A stretch of DNA of 63,940 bases, the filler included, from Octopus bimaculoides (taxonomy: Eukaryota), in the NCBI RefSeq assembly GCF_001194135.2. It is 6 parts of 6 records of this genome, joined end to end, with 100 filler letters (N's around TTAATTAATTAA, not from the genome) between each part and the next. Parts side by side here need not be neighbours in the genome. Positions count along the whole stretch, not along the records: positions 24,932 to 33,941 come from NC_068986.1; positions 34,042 to 41,816 come from NC_068985.1; positions 41,917 to 59,358 come from NC_069000.1; 3 more parts are not named here. One strand, 5' to 3'. Made by a program: the position numbers and the translations under genes. Below are positions 28,299 through 42,227 of this stretch, in pieces. Numbering within the stretch: the first letter of the stretch is position 1; each line of letters opens with the position of its first letter. The notes below the pieces were generated by a model, which did not search any database, was not told the origin of the DNA, and saw nothing but the letters and a program-made list of their open reading frames with translations.

Positions 28299-29508
28299 AA
28301 TATCATTCCAACTCGCAAGAAGTTTTGCTATAAGACCTCACTATTGAAAACGCTCGTGCATAAAGAGAAACATAGATGATCAAATGAAATAATTTATTCA
28401 ATTTGTAATATAAAAAATCAGGAAAAAATGTCACAAGTAAAAATATCGAAGCAAAAAGTTACAAAAAAAAAAATTATGAGGAAAAGTGACATAAATATTT
28501 GGTTTAATGCTTTTCGCGTTTCACTGTTTTATTTAAGATACGGAATAAAACGTGATTTTTTACGTAACTGTAATTCATTTATACATATTTACAAGTAATC
28601 TGATCATTCTAAATTAAACCTATATCTTAGAACTTTTAATACACAATAAATCGATAATTAGTGCCTGTTAATAAATGCTGATTCATGAATAAGATTTTCA
28701 TTTAGATTTCATTTCTGTATTTCAAAGACAGATTAAAATTTGCGTTTTGTATGACAGCAATTTTAAGTCTCACCGTTTAGTTTATGAAGAACATAAAAAT
28801 GAGGACAAATGGAATACCTAAGATTTAAATGGTTTGATAAGTACGTTATGAGAACATGAGCATTCTGCTGTACCATTTTTGTTTTTATTAGAATTTATTT
28901 ATTATTTATTTATATGGGCTGTGTCTCATAGGGTGTGTTTTGTTAGCAATAAATTTTGTAAAGACAACGATATATTACGTGTTTGATACTATCAGCTGAA
29001 GAAAATTTGTTATATCTTGAAACGCCTAATTCAAGCAAAAAATGAAAACAAATAGACAATATTCAAATAAAAATAAATAAGCTCTATGCTATTAAGATTT
29101 ATTAAGCACTTCATTAAAGATGTTTTCTTAAAGTTCTTTGATTAATGTTATGACACACGCACAAACACGCACACACACATACATATACACAAACACACAC
29201 GTACTGCATGTATATATATATATATATATATGCATGTGTATGTATGTGCATATATATATAAATATATATNNNNNNNNNNNNNNNNNNNNNNNNNNNNNNN
29301 NNNNNNNNNNNNNNNNNNNNNNNNNNNNNNNNNNNNNNNNNNNNNNNNNNNNNNNNNNNNNNNNNNNNNNNNNNNNNNNNNNNNNNNNNNNNNNNNNNNN
29401 NNNNNNNNNNNNNNNNNNNNNNNNNNNNNNNNNNNNNNNNNNNNNNNNNNNNNNNNNNNNNNNNNNNNNNNNNNNNNNNNNNNNNNNNNNNNNNNNNNNN
29501 NNNACATA

Positions 29509-29549
<41 letters not shown>

Positions 29550-29551
29550 GT

Positions 29552-29875
29552 GAAGGCACATGACTTAGTGGTTAGAGCGCTGAGCTTACGATCTTGAAGT
29601 TGTGAGTTTGATTCCTGGACCGAGCTGCGGTGTTGTGTTCTTGAGCACGACACTTTATTTCACGTTGCTTCAATTCACTAAGCTGTAGAAATGGGTTGCG
29701 ACGTCACTGGTGCCAAGCTGTATCAGCCTTTGCCTTTCTCATCGGTGGCGTGGAGAGGGGAGGCTGGTATGCATGGGCGACTGCTGGTCTTCCATAAACA
29801 TCCTTGCCCAGACTTGTGCCTCGGAGGGTAACTTTCTAGGTGCAATCCCATGGTCATTCATGACCAAAGGGGGTC
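29552..29875 (+). mobile_element. tRNA-derived CORE-type SINE with a distinct 3' end
   Basis: tgacttagtggttagagcg A box, gagtttgattcc B box, gttgtgttcttgagcacgacactttatttcacgttgct core. Confidence 0.75.
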
Positions 29876-29886
29876 ACTTTTATATA

Positions 29887-31222
29887 TTAGGTTGTATGAA
29901 ATTTGTAGTAAGGTATATCGTAAACTTTTACAGCTGCTCATTTTGCGCCATTATGATATTTTGACAATCTTTATTTTTTATTAAAAAGCTGACCGCATCT
30001 ATTTCTTTATTCTAATTCATTTTGCGCTTTTTAAAGTATTTATAAATCGTTTTTTGCTATTTCTGTTTAGAGATGGATAAGTCAGAAATTTGTACAGCTT
30101 TGAAATTGAGTTCTTTCTTGGAAATGCAGCATTACAGACAGCTCGGAATAATTATGGAGTATTTCATTCTAATGTTATTACACAGCAGACAGTATCAAAT
30201 TGGTTTGCAAAATTTCGTTCTGGTAACTTTGACCTCACACATGAGCAACGCAGTCGATCGGAAACAAAGGTGGATAATGACGAACTGAAAGCCACCGTCG
30301 AGTCACATCCATCTCAAAGTACCCGTGAATTATCGTTGTTGTCTGGTGTTAGCAAGCAAACAATATTGACTCACCTAGTTCAAATCGGTAAAGTGAAAAA
30401 GTTGGATAAGTGGGTTCCACATGAACTCAGTGAAAATCAGAAACAGCAACGTTTGAATGCCTGCATTATGCTACTTTCTCGTCACAAAAATGAATCATTT
30501 TTGTAACATGTGATGAGAAATGGAACCAATACAACAACCGTAAACGTTCAGCACAATGGTTGGACAAAGACGAGCCACCAAAACACGGTCCAAAAGCAAA
30601 ATTAATCAAAAGAAGCTGATGATATGTGTTTCGTGGTATGGCGCAGGTGTGATCCATTATGATTTCATTAAACCTGGCTCATCAATCACGGCCGAAGTAT
30701 ATTGCGGCTAACTGGACCACATGATGCAGAAACTCACACGAAAAAAAAAAAAACTGCNNNNNNNNNNAACTGGACCACATGATGCAGAAACTCACACGAA
30801 AAAAAAAAAAACTGCCTAGATTAGTCAACAAATCCACTCCTATTTTATTACAAGACAACGCCAGACCATACATCGCAAAAATGACATTGGGGAAACTACA
30901 AGAGTTTGAGTTGGAAGTTCTCCATCATCCACCATACTCACCTAATCTTGCTCCCACTGACTATCACTTCTTCCAGAATTTGGATAACTTTTTGCTAGGA
31001 AAATAATTTAATTCAGACGATGTTGTAAAATAGGCCTTCCAAGATTTTATTGACTCTAGATTGCCAGGCTTTTACAGTTCCGGGCTGGACAAGCTACCGC
31101 TGAAATAGCAAATGTGTATTGACAATATGGGTGCATACTATGATGAATAAAGCTATTCCTTAGATTTATAAAACATTAGCAAACTTTTTTCTTTTCTACA
31201 AATTTCGTACTTGACGACCTAA
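29887..31222 (+). mobile_element. Full-length decayed mariner (Tc1/mariner, DD34D) transposon
   Basis: Transposase remnant 30073-31148: HTH region (TVSNWFAKFRSGNFDL), WVPHELS, CDEKW, LQDNARP, HPPYSPNLAPTDYHFF. Imperfect TIRs ttaggttgtatgaaatttgtag / ctacaaatttcgtacttgacgacctaa, flanked by TA. Stops and frameshifts present. Confidence 0.93.
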
Positions 31223-31549
31223 TACATACATACATACATACATACATACACACACAAAATCAGAATGACAAAGGGATAAACAGTTATGTTATGAATTTCA
31301 TTGGCTTGTAACTGTTTCTGCTATAAGATGTAACACATTCATAGTTGCATGCTTGAGTATCATCCTGTAGCTTCATCGGAGCTCCAAACAAGTTCATAGC
31401 ATACTTGTTTATTCCTTTGTCATTCTAATTTCCTATTAGCATTGTGTACTCGATTGACGCTTCTTTCTGAAGCATATGTATACTGAGTTCTAACACCAGG
31501 TTATTAGTATCGCTATGCCTAAGCCAAATGTACACACGCACACATAATA

Positions 31550-31648
<99 letters not shown>

Positions 31649-31769
31649 TACGTATTTGCATATTTATATATGCATAAACACATACACATATACATGTGTA
31701 CATATACATGTGTACATATACATGTGTACATATACATGAGTGAATACTTAACCTTTAACCTTTAATCTT

Positions 31770-31920
31770 TTACTTGATTCAGTTATTAGACCACGGCCAT
31801 GGTGGGGCACCACCTTGAAGAACTTTCGTTTTTAAAGCCTGTTACTTATTCTGTCGCTTTCACAAAACTGCTAGTTTACAGGCATGTAAACAAACCAGCA
31901 TAGGTTGTCAAGCTGGTTCT
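31770..31920 (-). mobile_element. SINE family C 3' fragment
   Basis: tacttg.ttcagt..cggccatggtggggcaccacc..tacttattct..tgctagtt..gtaaaca.accagca..ggttgtcaagc. Confidence 0.7.
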
Positions 31921-33676
31921 ACAAGTTGCATCTATTGTGTAACGTCAAGTGTTGCGGGATAATGAAACAAATGTAACAACTGAAATAAAGGTATACCAAG
32001 TTATAGTAATGTTCTTTTTTTATTATGATATATATATATATANNNNNNNNNNNNNNNNNNNNNNNNNNNNNNNNNNNNNNNNNNNNNNNNNNNNNNNNNN
32101 NNNNNNNNNNNNNNNNNNNNNNNNNNNNNNNNNNNNNNNNNNNNNNNNNNNNNNNNNNNNNNNNNNNNNNNNNNNNNNNNNNNNNNNNNNNNNNNNNNNN
32201 NNNNNNNNNNNNNNNNNNNNNNNNNNNNNNNNNNNNNNNNNNNNNNNNNNNNNNNNNNNNNNNNNNNNNNNNNNNNNNTATATATATATATATTCACAGA
32301 CAGCCTTTATAAATACCAGCAGAAAAACCATCCTTCGCACCATAAGTATAAAAATGTGCCCCGACGAATTTGGTTCCTCATAACTTTCCAAAAAATGGAT
32401 ATTTATTGACGAAAGTTTCTACACATACGTTTCAGATAGTGTAGATTACGACTTTATCGGGCTTTGTGGTGAAAAAATTTTGGGAAGACCAGTTTCAGAT
32501 AATTCACACGCCTCAGTTTTGTTTTCTCATAGCTTTCAGAAAAATGAATATTTCTTTACGGAATTTTCTACATATGATTTTATTATGGTTTAGATACGAT
32601 TATATAAAAAATTAGTATAGGAAAATGGAGTGAGGAGGATATTTCATGCATCTCGACTTTGTTTTCTCGTCGTTTTAATAATTTAATTACAATTACATTG
32701 AAAACAAAAAGTATTACTTTTGAGACTCATGTCTTAGCATTCTAGTATGCTAAGCGACCATATAGAGGATGGGTCACTTTTCAGTTTGTTTAAAAGAGGA
32801 AGATTATGATTGTGATAAAATAATGAAAGAAGTGTGCATTCAATAATTAGTGTAAGAATTGTACTCCCCTTTCTACAAAGATTTCTTTCAAAGAATTTTC
32901 GGAAAAGGGAATGAATAGTCTACGAAGGAGATGTTTTTTAACATAATAATAGCGAAATCGTCAAATGTATGAAGAAAATAAAGTCGATTTGCTTGAAATA
33001 TCTCTCCCCATTTCTTTTTCACATTAATTACCGATATGATCGTAATCTACGCCATCTGAACGATATTTGAAGAAAATTTCATTAAAAAATATTGATAATC
33101 CTGAAAGTCATCAAAATATATCATGGAGTGTAGGGGTACATTTCTGAAGTTATACCCAATTGACGTAAGTAAATTAAAGCAAGCTTTCATATTTAGCTTT
33201 CTATTTCTTCAACATAACTTGACTGACGCTAGATTAAGCTTATAGTTGTAGAAAGTAGCTTTGCAAATATTTGGGTGACATCTATATTTCAAGAAGTATA
33301 AGCAGACACTAAAAAACGATTCTGAATAATGTCGCACTAAATAAGATTTGTGACTGAAGCATGTACTTCACATATTCCATAATAAAAGAATCTTCAAAAC
33401 TGCATTTTGATAAGAAAAAAAAAAAGAAAAAGAAATGTATTGAAACAAGAATTTATCAAAAAAATTGCAGACTGTCTAGCCTTCAATACTTGCTTTCTTT
33501 TAGTAAAAGTTACATAATTCCAATTACTTAATAAGTAACTTTCTCCATTATAGTACAGATTAAGAGAAAACTGCTTGGGAGGCGGTTTTCTGTTAGTCAT
33601 TGTGATAACTATGCTGTTCGCGCATACATACATACGTACATACATACACACAAACATATATACATACATACATACA

Positions 33677-33738
<62 letters not shown>

Positions 33739-33941
33739 CATACACACACATAATCATTTACATATCATATATATATGATATCTATAGTATATACATTATA
33801 TATATATTATATGCGTGTGTGTGTGTGCCTATGTTTACCACCCACCACCGCTTGAAAACCGGGGTTCGAGTGTTAAATTAGCTATTTGGCAAGAAAAAGA
33901 TTGATAGAATAAGTACAAGGCTTTAAGAATAAAAATAAATA

Positions 33942-34041
33942 NNNNNNNNNNNNNNNNNNNNNNNNNNNNNNNNNNNNNNNNNNNNTTAATTAATTAANNN
34001 NNNNNNNNNNNNNNNNNNNNNNNNNNNNNNNNNNNNNNNNN
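33942..34041. other. Artificial scaffold linker
   Basis: 44 N + TTAATTAATTAA + 44 N. Confidence 0.95.
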
Positions 34042-34190
34042 GTAACTTAGCGATTCAGTAAAAGACACTGATAGAATAAATACTAGTCTTTAAAAAAGAA
34101 GTCTGGGGTCGATTTTGTTCGTCTAAAACCCCTTAAGGCCATGCACCAGCATGGCCGCAGTCAAATGACTGAAACAAGTAAAAGAATAAA
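34042..34190 (+). mobile_element. SINE family C 3' fragment
   Basis: gatagaataaatactag..ctggggtcgat..cagcatggccgcagtcaaatgactgaaacaagtaaaagaataaaaga. Confidence 0.85.
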
Positions 34191-34512
34191 AGAATGTGTG
34201 TGCGTCTGTGTGTGCGTGTGTGTGCGTCTGTGTGTGCGTGTGTGTGTGTTTGTGTGTGCGTCTGTGTGTGCGTGTGTGCGCGCGGTATGTATGCGTGTGT
34301 TTACATTGCTGCTTCATATTATTTCCACTTTTCATAAATGTGTCTCACCACCACCACCATCACCACCACCACCCCTACTCCTACAATCACCTCATGCCAC
34401 TAGGTCAACTAATGACAGTTAAATATACTCTAATGTTACCCTTAGATCTCGTTTTATTCCTATTTCACTTCTGACGAAAGTAATTATTCTACCGTCATAT
34501 AATCCTTTAATC

Positions 34513-34850
34513 GCAGAGGTGCAATGGCCCAGTGGTTAAGGCAGCAGTCTCGCGGTCGTGGGATCGCGGTTTCGATTCCCAGACCGGGCGTTGTGAGTGT
34601 TTATTGAGCGAAAACACCTAAAGCTCCACGAGGTTCCGGCAGGAGTTGGTGGCAGACCCTGCTGTACTCTTCCACCACACCTTTCTCTCGCTCTTACTTC
34701 CTGTTTCTGTTGTGCCTGTCATTCAAAGGGTCAGCCTTGTCACACTGTGTGTCACGCTGAATATCATCGAGAACTACGTTAAGGGTACACGTGTCTGTGA
34801 AGTACTCAGCCACTTGCACGTTAATTTCACGAGCAGGCTGTTCCGTTGAT
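34513..34850 (+). mobile_element. SINE family B copy, 3' truncated
   Basis: Highly similar to the reverse complement of 3704-4092; A box tggcccagtgg, B box ggtttcgattccc. Confidence 0.9.
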
Positions 34851-35589
34851 CGCAACAACAGCGGAAGCATCAAAACCAGCAACTGGTAACAATAATGACT
34901 ACAACAATAACAACAACAGCAACAATAACAACAACAGAATCACCATCACCACCACCACCACCACCACCACCATCACCAACACCAACAACAGTATCAGCAA
35001 CAACGATCGCATTGGTTTTTCAGGTATGGAACGTCTGGCTGGTATTTATATCCGTAATAAATCGCTTAGTTAAGTGATTAACTAGTTAACCTGCCGACGA
35101 ATAACAAAGCGAAATTGAACCCGTGCGTGTGTTCACCATTGACATAATGACCCTCCCGAAATACAATAAAAAAAAGAGAAAAAAAATCCCGAACTAAATA
35201 AAACAAAATATAAGAAAAATACCCCAAAAAACATCAAAAACAACGCCAATAGATGTGAAGGAATGTCATATTGTAATAATGGCGCGGATAATTATTGAAC
35301 TTTTCCCATGAATGAATCCGTGAGAACGTTTCATACGGGACTCTGTCACTATACCATTCATGTCTATACCTTCCAGACACCCTTCCACTGTACCCTTTCT
35401 GCCCCCACTCCTCTCCTTGTGGCCGGTCCTATCGCTGCAACTGATTCAATCGCAGCCATTATTACCAATGGCATCACCATTATTTCTACAGCTGTCATCA
35501 TAACGACGGCAAAGAGAAACCACCACTTCGCATCTCGTCGTCTACTCTTTGCTTCCTCGCTCTCCTCCCACTATTAATTTCGTCGCTAC

Positions 35590-35928
35590 TGCTACCACTG
35601 CCGTCAGCTACACCACCACCACCACTAACACCACTACTACCACCAACACCACTACCACAACTACAATCTCCACCACTAACACTAACACTAACACTAACAC
35701 TAACACCATCATCACTATAATCTCTACTGCAACCACCACCTCCACTACAACAATATCTACCACCACCACCACCACCACCACCACAACTACAATTTCCATC
35801 ACAACCACCACAACTACAAAATCCATCACCACCACCACTTCCACAACGACGATCTCAACAGCCACCACCACTACAACTACAATCTCCACCACCACCGCCA
35901 CCACCACCACCACCACCTCCACAACTAC
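35590..35928. repeat. Degenerate (ACC/ACT/ACA)n low-complexity array
   Basis: Direct inspection; continues after the gap to about 36385. Confidence 0.9.
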
Positions 35929-37920
35929 NNNNNNNNNNNNNNNNNNNNNNNNNNNNNNNNNNNNNNNNNNNNNNNNNNNNNNNNNNNNNNNNNNNNNNNN
36001 NNNNNNNNNNNNNNNNNNNNNNNNNNNNNNNNNNNNNNNNNNNNNNNNNNNNNNNNNNNNNNNNNNNNNNNNNNNNNNNNNNNNNNNNNNNNNNNNNNNN
36101 NNNNNNNNNNNNNNNNNNNNNNNNNNNNNNNNNNNNNNNNNNNNNNNNNNNNNNNNNNNNNNNNNNNNNNNNNNNNNNNNNNNNNNNNNNNNNNNNNNNN
36201 NNNNNNNNNNNNNNNNNNNNNNNNNNNNNNNNNNNNNNNNNNNNNNNNNNNNNNNNNNNNNNNNNNNNNNNNNNNNNNNNNNNNNNNNNNNNNNNNNNNN
36301 NNNNNNNNNNNNNNNNNNNNNNNNNNNNACCACCACAACTACAATTTCCATCACAACCACCGTGCTACACACCCCAACCACAACCCCTATTGCCCCCCCC
36401 CACATATGTCTACAGAAATGACAAAGTCACAAACCTAATGTTTTTAGCCGTGACTTTAAAAGGCCATCGTTTCCCGAATTATTTCTTTTTTTACACAATT
36501 TTTTTTATTACTGCCATAACTCGCTTGTCACGTTTATTTCCCACACTTTATTACAGGGAGGTAGAGGGAGGGGTGATTCTGTCTCCGCATCCCCTCTTCC
36601 TTCTCCTTCTCACCTCCTCCTTCTCCTCCTCCTCCTCCGCCATCCTCCATTTCGCTCTCCATTCCAACCTTTCTTTCTCCCTTCGACCTCCGTCTCTCAT
36701 TCCTCTCTTGCCATTCCTCCCTTACTAACCTTCCTACCTTTCTTTCTTCCTTTCTCCCCACAGCCCGACTTGTTTCGTTTCGCTTTCCTTGTCTTTTTCT
36801 CTTTTCATTCATTCTTCCTTCCTTCATTTCTTTCTTTCTTTTTACTTTTCTTTCATTTTGTCCTTCTTTCTCTTCTTCCGCCTTTCCTTCCTGTCTCTGC
36901 TTCTTCCATTCTTTCTTCACGGTTTTCTTTCCTTTATTGTTGCTTTTCTGTCCTGCAGTCAACGGTAGAAAGAAACAGAGATACAGTGAGAGGGAGAGAG
37001 AGAGAGGGGGGAGCAAAAGAGAGATTGGAGATTGAGAAGAGAATGCAATTCATTCAGTTTTGTTATTCATTCAGTTTTGTGTGTGTGTGTATGTGTGTGC
37101 ATATATACGTACATAGAAACACACACACATACATTCATACAAACATACATACATATACATACATATAATTCACAATACAGCATAAATTATGAGCTCTGAT
37201 ATAAATTTGAATATCGAAAAACCTTTGTTGTTATCAGAAATTTAAATAATGTAAAGACATAATTCTCAGCTTTCAATATACGAGGAAAAGAGAAGAGAGT
37301 TTCCTAATGGACCGTTTCACATTTGAACGCTCCTCAGAGAAAACTTACCTGATTTCCTTCACCTAATCGATGACGTAGAATAATCATCTCAAACATAAAG
37401 CAAACGAGAATTAAACAACTACCGTATTGGATAACTTAATTTTACATACATTTAAATTTGCATATTTGTCTTTAAACAACACAAATGAATGACAGAGATA
37501 CTATACAAATCTGGTGTATTAGTTTTATACAGTAATGACAAAAAATCTAGGAATTTTCTTATGTTTAAGATTATTTGTTTTTCATAGGACAAAAGAACGA
37601 AAAATAGAAAAAAGCAAGAACGGAGAAGAGGAATTAATTCTGGCGTATAACCACGTTCATGTTAAATTATAATCAAACATGTTGCAGGAGGGAACAGATA
37701 CGGTAATAAGAGCTAAAGGAATTTTACAGAAGGTAAAGAAAGGTAAGTAGTTAGAGACTTGTCTGCGTGTATATGATATTAGCTGCGTAAGCTGTATGTG
37801 GTGTAGGTGTTCATTCATCTCTTGCCAGAATGTTATATTTGTATGGATGGTCTGGTAAGTTGTGTCAGTGTATGTGTTTAGTGAATCGCATTAGCGAGGC
37901 AAGATTCGTGGTATGTGTAT

Positions 37921-37939
37921 AAGTGAAGGATACGATATA

Positions 37940-38030
<91 letters not shown>
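37921..38030. repeat. Perfect (TG)n microsatellite
   Basis: Direct inspection. Confidence 0.97.
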
Positions 38031-38034
<4 letters not shown>

Positions 38035-38775
38035 ATATTTTTGGGCGTATGTAGTTGCAAAAATATCGAGCCAGTTCTTGAATTTCTAGTGTTAAGTTGA
38101 ACTGGGCTGAAAGATGAGTTATTGTTCATGCTGGCAACGAGATATGTAAGAAAGTCACGGTGTAAGATCAAAATGAAACCAAAAGACGGAGAATGTTAAA
38201 TTGTTCGGGTCACAGAGCAGAAATCGCGGGTGATGGCTAATCTGATCTTAGTCTTTTGGTCATAAGATACTGGTTAAATTGTGTAAATGAGTAGCTAATT
38301 CATACCTAGGTGCGTCACTTCACAGCAGGTCTTATGCAAGCTCGGTAGTCGCTTACAATTTGATGAGGATGGGGTCTGAGTTATTTTCTGGCTCCAAAGA
38401 TGTGAGTGGCACACCTACTCTTGCCAACTATATGAATCGGCAACTTACTTCATGTGATTCATATATCACTGTTTGTGTATATTTGTTTGCATGTACGTAT
38501 GCATATATGTATGTATGTAAGTATACAACCCCCCCCCCACACACACACACGCCAGTGCACGCGTACACTCATATAAATGTTTTTATGTTCAGTTATAATA
38601 AAAACAATTTTGCATTAATCTGATGGGTTACTCTATGCTTTTGTAGAATACAAATTTATTATTCTCAAACAAGAATATTATTGACAGTGACTTTGAAGTT
38701 TCGGCTAGTTAAACTAGCCATTGTCGGTCTGATGATGGCTTAACTCGTCAAAATTCGAAACTCCGCAGTCACTCT

Positions 38776-38816
<41 letters not shown>

Positions 38817-39116
38817 AATTAATCTTTATATTTTAATGTCATAATTATGTTATGATATCACTATACAATGCCCCTTGAAAAGCTAATTTAAATAGCGAAA
38901 ACCGGTTGGATTTTACAACACCCATATAATATGTATATATTTATATAAAAAAATATTAAACTATGCGAAACGAAGGCATTTTTCTTCTTCTTTCTTTACA
39001 TATTTTCAACTCATAATTTTACCACGTGTTGTTTACTGAATCTCCAGTATTCTTGCTCCTTATATTGCTATACATATATATATACACACACACACATATA
39101 TATATGCATATATATG

Positions 39117-39177
<61 letters not shown>

Positions 39178-41618
39178 GCACGACATGCACGTATATATGT
39201 ATAGATGTACATATAAATGTATATCTGTAGACTAACTGCACACCACACACAATCAAGTGGAGCATCGTGAGAAATGCACACCACGTGTAATTAGATGAAA
39301 GCCGAAAAATCTCACTTTCATTTTAGATCCAAAGATTCGACCAGAATGCCTAATTCCAGATTCGAAATTTTTAGCAAATGCAAGCACGTGACAAATTTCT
39401 TTTGTCGAACGGAACGAAACCACCCTTTCTGGATTTTGCATACTGTCTCACGGACATTGGCTTGCTCCTTGTGGAATTATTCTAATTACTTGCAATCATA
39501 AGGCATGATATATAAATTTACTGAATTATGTTTCCACGTCATGAAACTAATAGCAGCTCATATTCAAATGCTGTGTATATTAAAGGATATGTAACTGTCA
39601 CTGGATGGAGTACTTGTGTGTTGATCCTACACCTAACAGAAAAGTGAACTGCATATATATTTTCTCTCTTGATGAAGGAAGCCATGTCTTATGGTAATAT
39701 CTCTATGCGACAATTTGCTGGTTGCATATCCTCGAATTCTTGCTTATTCCATCTGCTAATTATGAGCATTACGATTATTACATAATTCCGAGCTTCCAGA
39801 AACAGCTGTCGAGTTAAAGGTACAATGCATTCTCTCTTTAGTGTCCTGTATTTTCATGCTCCTTGTAAATGTAAATTTATTTGTGTTTATATAAGTATCT
39901 GAATGCTTATACATTTGTCTGTATCTCCTGCATATACTTAGTTGTTTGTATCTATACATCGCTCTACATATGTCTACGTGCATCTATATGTATATATATA
40001 TATGTATCTGTGTATGTATGTGTATGTGTATAAAGACAAAGAGAGGGAGAAAGAGCAGTTAAAACCAACTCCATTCGTGTTGAATGGCCGTTCTTTTTAA
40101 AAATAAAAATAAAATAAAGACAAACGGACTTTTCTCCTTGGTGTATATATATATATGTGTGTTATATATNNNNNNNNNNNNNNNNNNNNNNNNNNNNNNN
40201 NNNNNNNNNNNNNNNNNNNNNNNNNNNNNNNNNNNNNNNNNNNNNNNNNNNNNNNNNNNNNNNNNNNNNNNNNNNNNNNNNNNNNNNNNNNNNNNNNNNN
40301 NNNNNNNNNNNNNNNNNNNNNNNNNNNNNNNNNNNNNNNNNNNNNNNNNNNNNNNNNNNNNNNNNNNNNNNNNNNNNNNNNNNNNNNNNNNNNNNNNNNN
40401 NNNNNNNNNNNNNNNNNNNNNNNNNNNNNNNNNNNNNNNNNNNNNNNNNNNNNNNNNNNNNNNNNNNNNNNNNNNNNNNNNNNNNNNNNNNNNNNNNNNN
40501 NNNNNNNNNNNNNNNNNNNNNNNNNNNNNNNNNNNNNNNNNNNNNNNNNNNNNNNNNNNNNNNNNNNNNNNNNNNNNNNNNNNNNNNNNNNNNNNNNNNN
40601 NNNNNNNNNNNNNNNNNNNNNNNNNNNNNNNNNNNNNNNNNNNNNNNNNCGTGAAACAAAGTACATCGCTGTTTTATAGTAATATATTCCAGCTCGTGCT
40701 TTCATCTTGGTTGTTATTGTGATATTATTTCGTCTGTTGTGCTTGTTGATTTCGGTAACGTTCTGGAAAATTATCAACGGAGTCCTATACCAAATCTTCA
40801 GGGGTTGATTGTTCTCATTCTATTACCCTGCACTATTTGCAACGGTATTATGTGCGTCCTGCTATAAACTCTTGCACCAATTACTACATCCGGTTTTTCT
40901 TCCTCCAAACCTCATTTCTCTGGATTTCCCTACTGCTCCTTATTTTTTCTTCTGAAACCGCCAACTCACAAGAGTTCAAGTGAAGTGTTAACTGCGTCGA
41001 TTCCACTGATCTTGAAATGCTTCACATGGCTTTGGGCACAACCCCTTCCTCCAAGCCAGACTAATTATAAAAAATAATTAATAAAAACGTTTAGGAAAAT
41101 AAAATTCATAATGCCTCTCTTGGTATTTTACAATAAAACTGCCTCTCTAGTTTAGGTTTCATGCGTCCAGCCGCCACAAACAGTGACTTATGAAAGCATG
41201 TTATTCTAAAATGCTATTTGTACTGAAAATTTTCTCTTTAAAGTATTAATTAAAAAATTACTTCATGCCATAACTAGCGCATTCAAAACAGAATTTATAT
41301 TAAATTAGCAGTAGAACTATGCTATTTGGAGTGTGGGATATGGTATGCGGGTGTGGGCTTATGGTATGTCTGACGTGGGGGTAGGCTTTGTAAGGTATGG
41401 AGCATGTTATGTGTGTGGGTGTATGAGGAAGTGCTTAATGGCCATTCACTGAAGCATGATTAGTTGGCGACTGTTAGTCAAATCACAGCAAAATCACCTA
41501 CACGACGCTAACGAATTCTCTTGTATTTTATGCAAGAACCAGCAAATTTTGATGGTTTTAGATGTTGTCCTCTACTCTTTCTAGAGGAAATGAGTGAAGG
41601 CGATTTCGAGAAACTATA

Positions 41619-41795
41619 CAGGCGTGGCTGTGTGGCGCACGCGTGGCTGTGTGGTAAGAAGTTTGCTTCCCAACCATATGTTTCCGGATTCAGTCTCACT
41701 GCGTTGCACCTTCGGCAAGTATCTTCTACTATAGCCTCGGGCCGACTAAAGCCTTGTGAGTAGATTTGGTAGACGGAAACTGAAAGAAACCCATC
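41619..41795 (+). mobile_element. SINE family C 5' half
   Basis: caggcgtggctgtgtgg (head duplicated) ..gcaccttcggcaagtatcttctactatagcctcgggccgac..gtagacggaaactgaaagaa. Confidence 0.85.
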
Positions 41796-41816
41796 ATATA
41801 TATATATATATATATA

Positions 41817-41916
41817 NNNNNNNNNNNNNNNNNNNNNNNNNNNNNNNNNNNNNNNNNNNNTTAATTAATTAANNNNNNNNNNNNNNNNNNNNNNNNNNNN
41901 NNNNNNNNNNNNNNNN
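41817..41916. other. Artificial scaffold linker
   Basis: 44 N + TTAATTAATTAA + 44 N. Confidence 0.95.
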
Positions 41917-41984
41917 TATGACTAACTATTGAAACAGAGTTATCTACCTTGCTCCAGGTTAATCGTAGAAGTAGAATATATCAT

Positions 41985-42185
41985 CTAGAAACGTTAACAC
42001 GCCGAACAAAATGTTTAGTGGCATTTCGTCTGTCTCCGTCTTTAAATTCTGAGTTCAAATGCTGCCGAGGTCAACTCTGCCGTGCATCTTTTCGGGGTCG
42101 AGGAAATAAGAACCTATTGGTCGATGTAATTGACCAGCTCCCTCTCCCAAAATTTCAGGCCTTGTAAGCCTGAAAGAGAAAGGAT
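41985..42185 (+). mobile_element. SINE family A copy, degenerate
   Basis: gttaacacgccgaacaaaatgtttagtggcatttcgtctg..ttctgagttcaaatgctgccgaggtcaact..tttcggggtcga. Confidence 0.8.
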
Positions 42186-42190
42186 TTATG

Positions 42191-42227
<37 letters not shown>

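Noticed and set aside
30710-30815. 48-bp direct duplication inside the mariner
   Set aside because: It flanks a 10-N gap exactly, so it is an unmerged contig overlap.
35549-36421. Mucin-like Thr-rich 290-aa ORF
   Set aside because: Degenerate (ACC)n array spanning a gap; no signal peptide or flanking domains.
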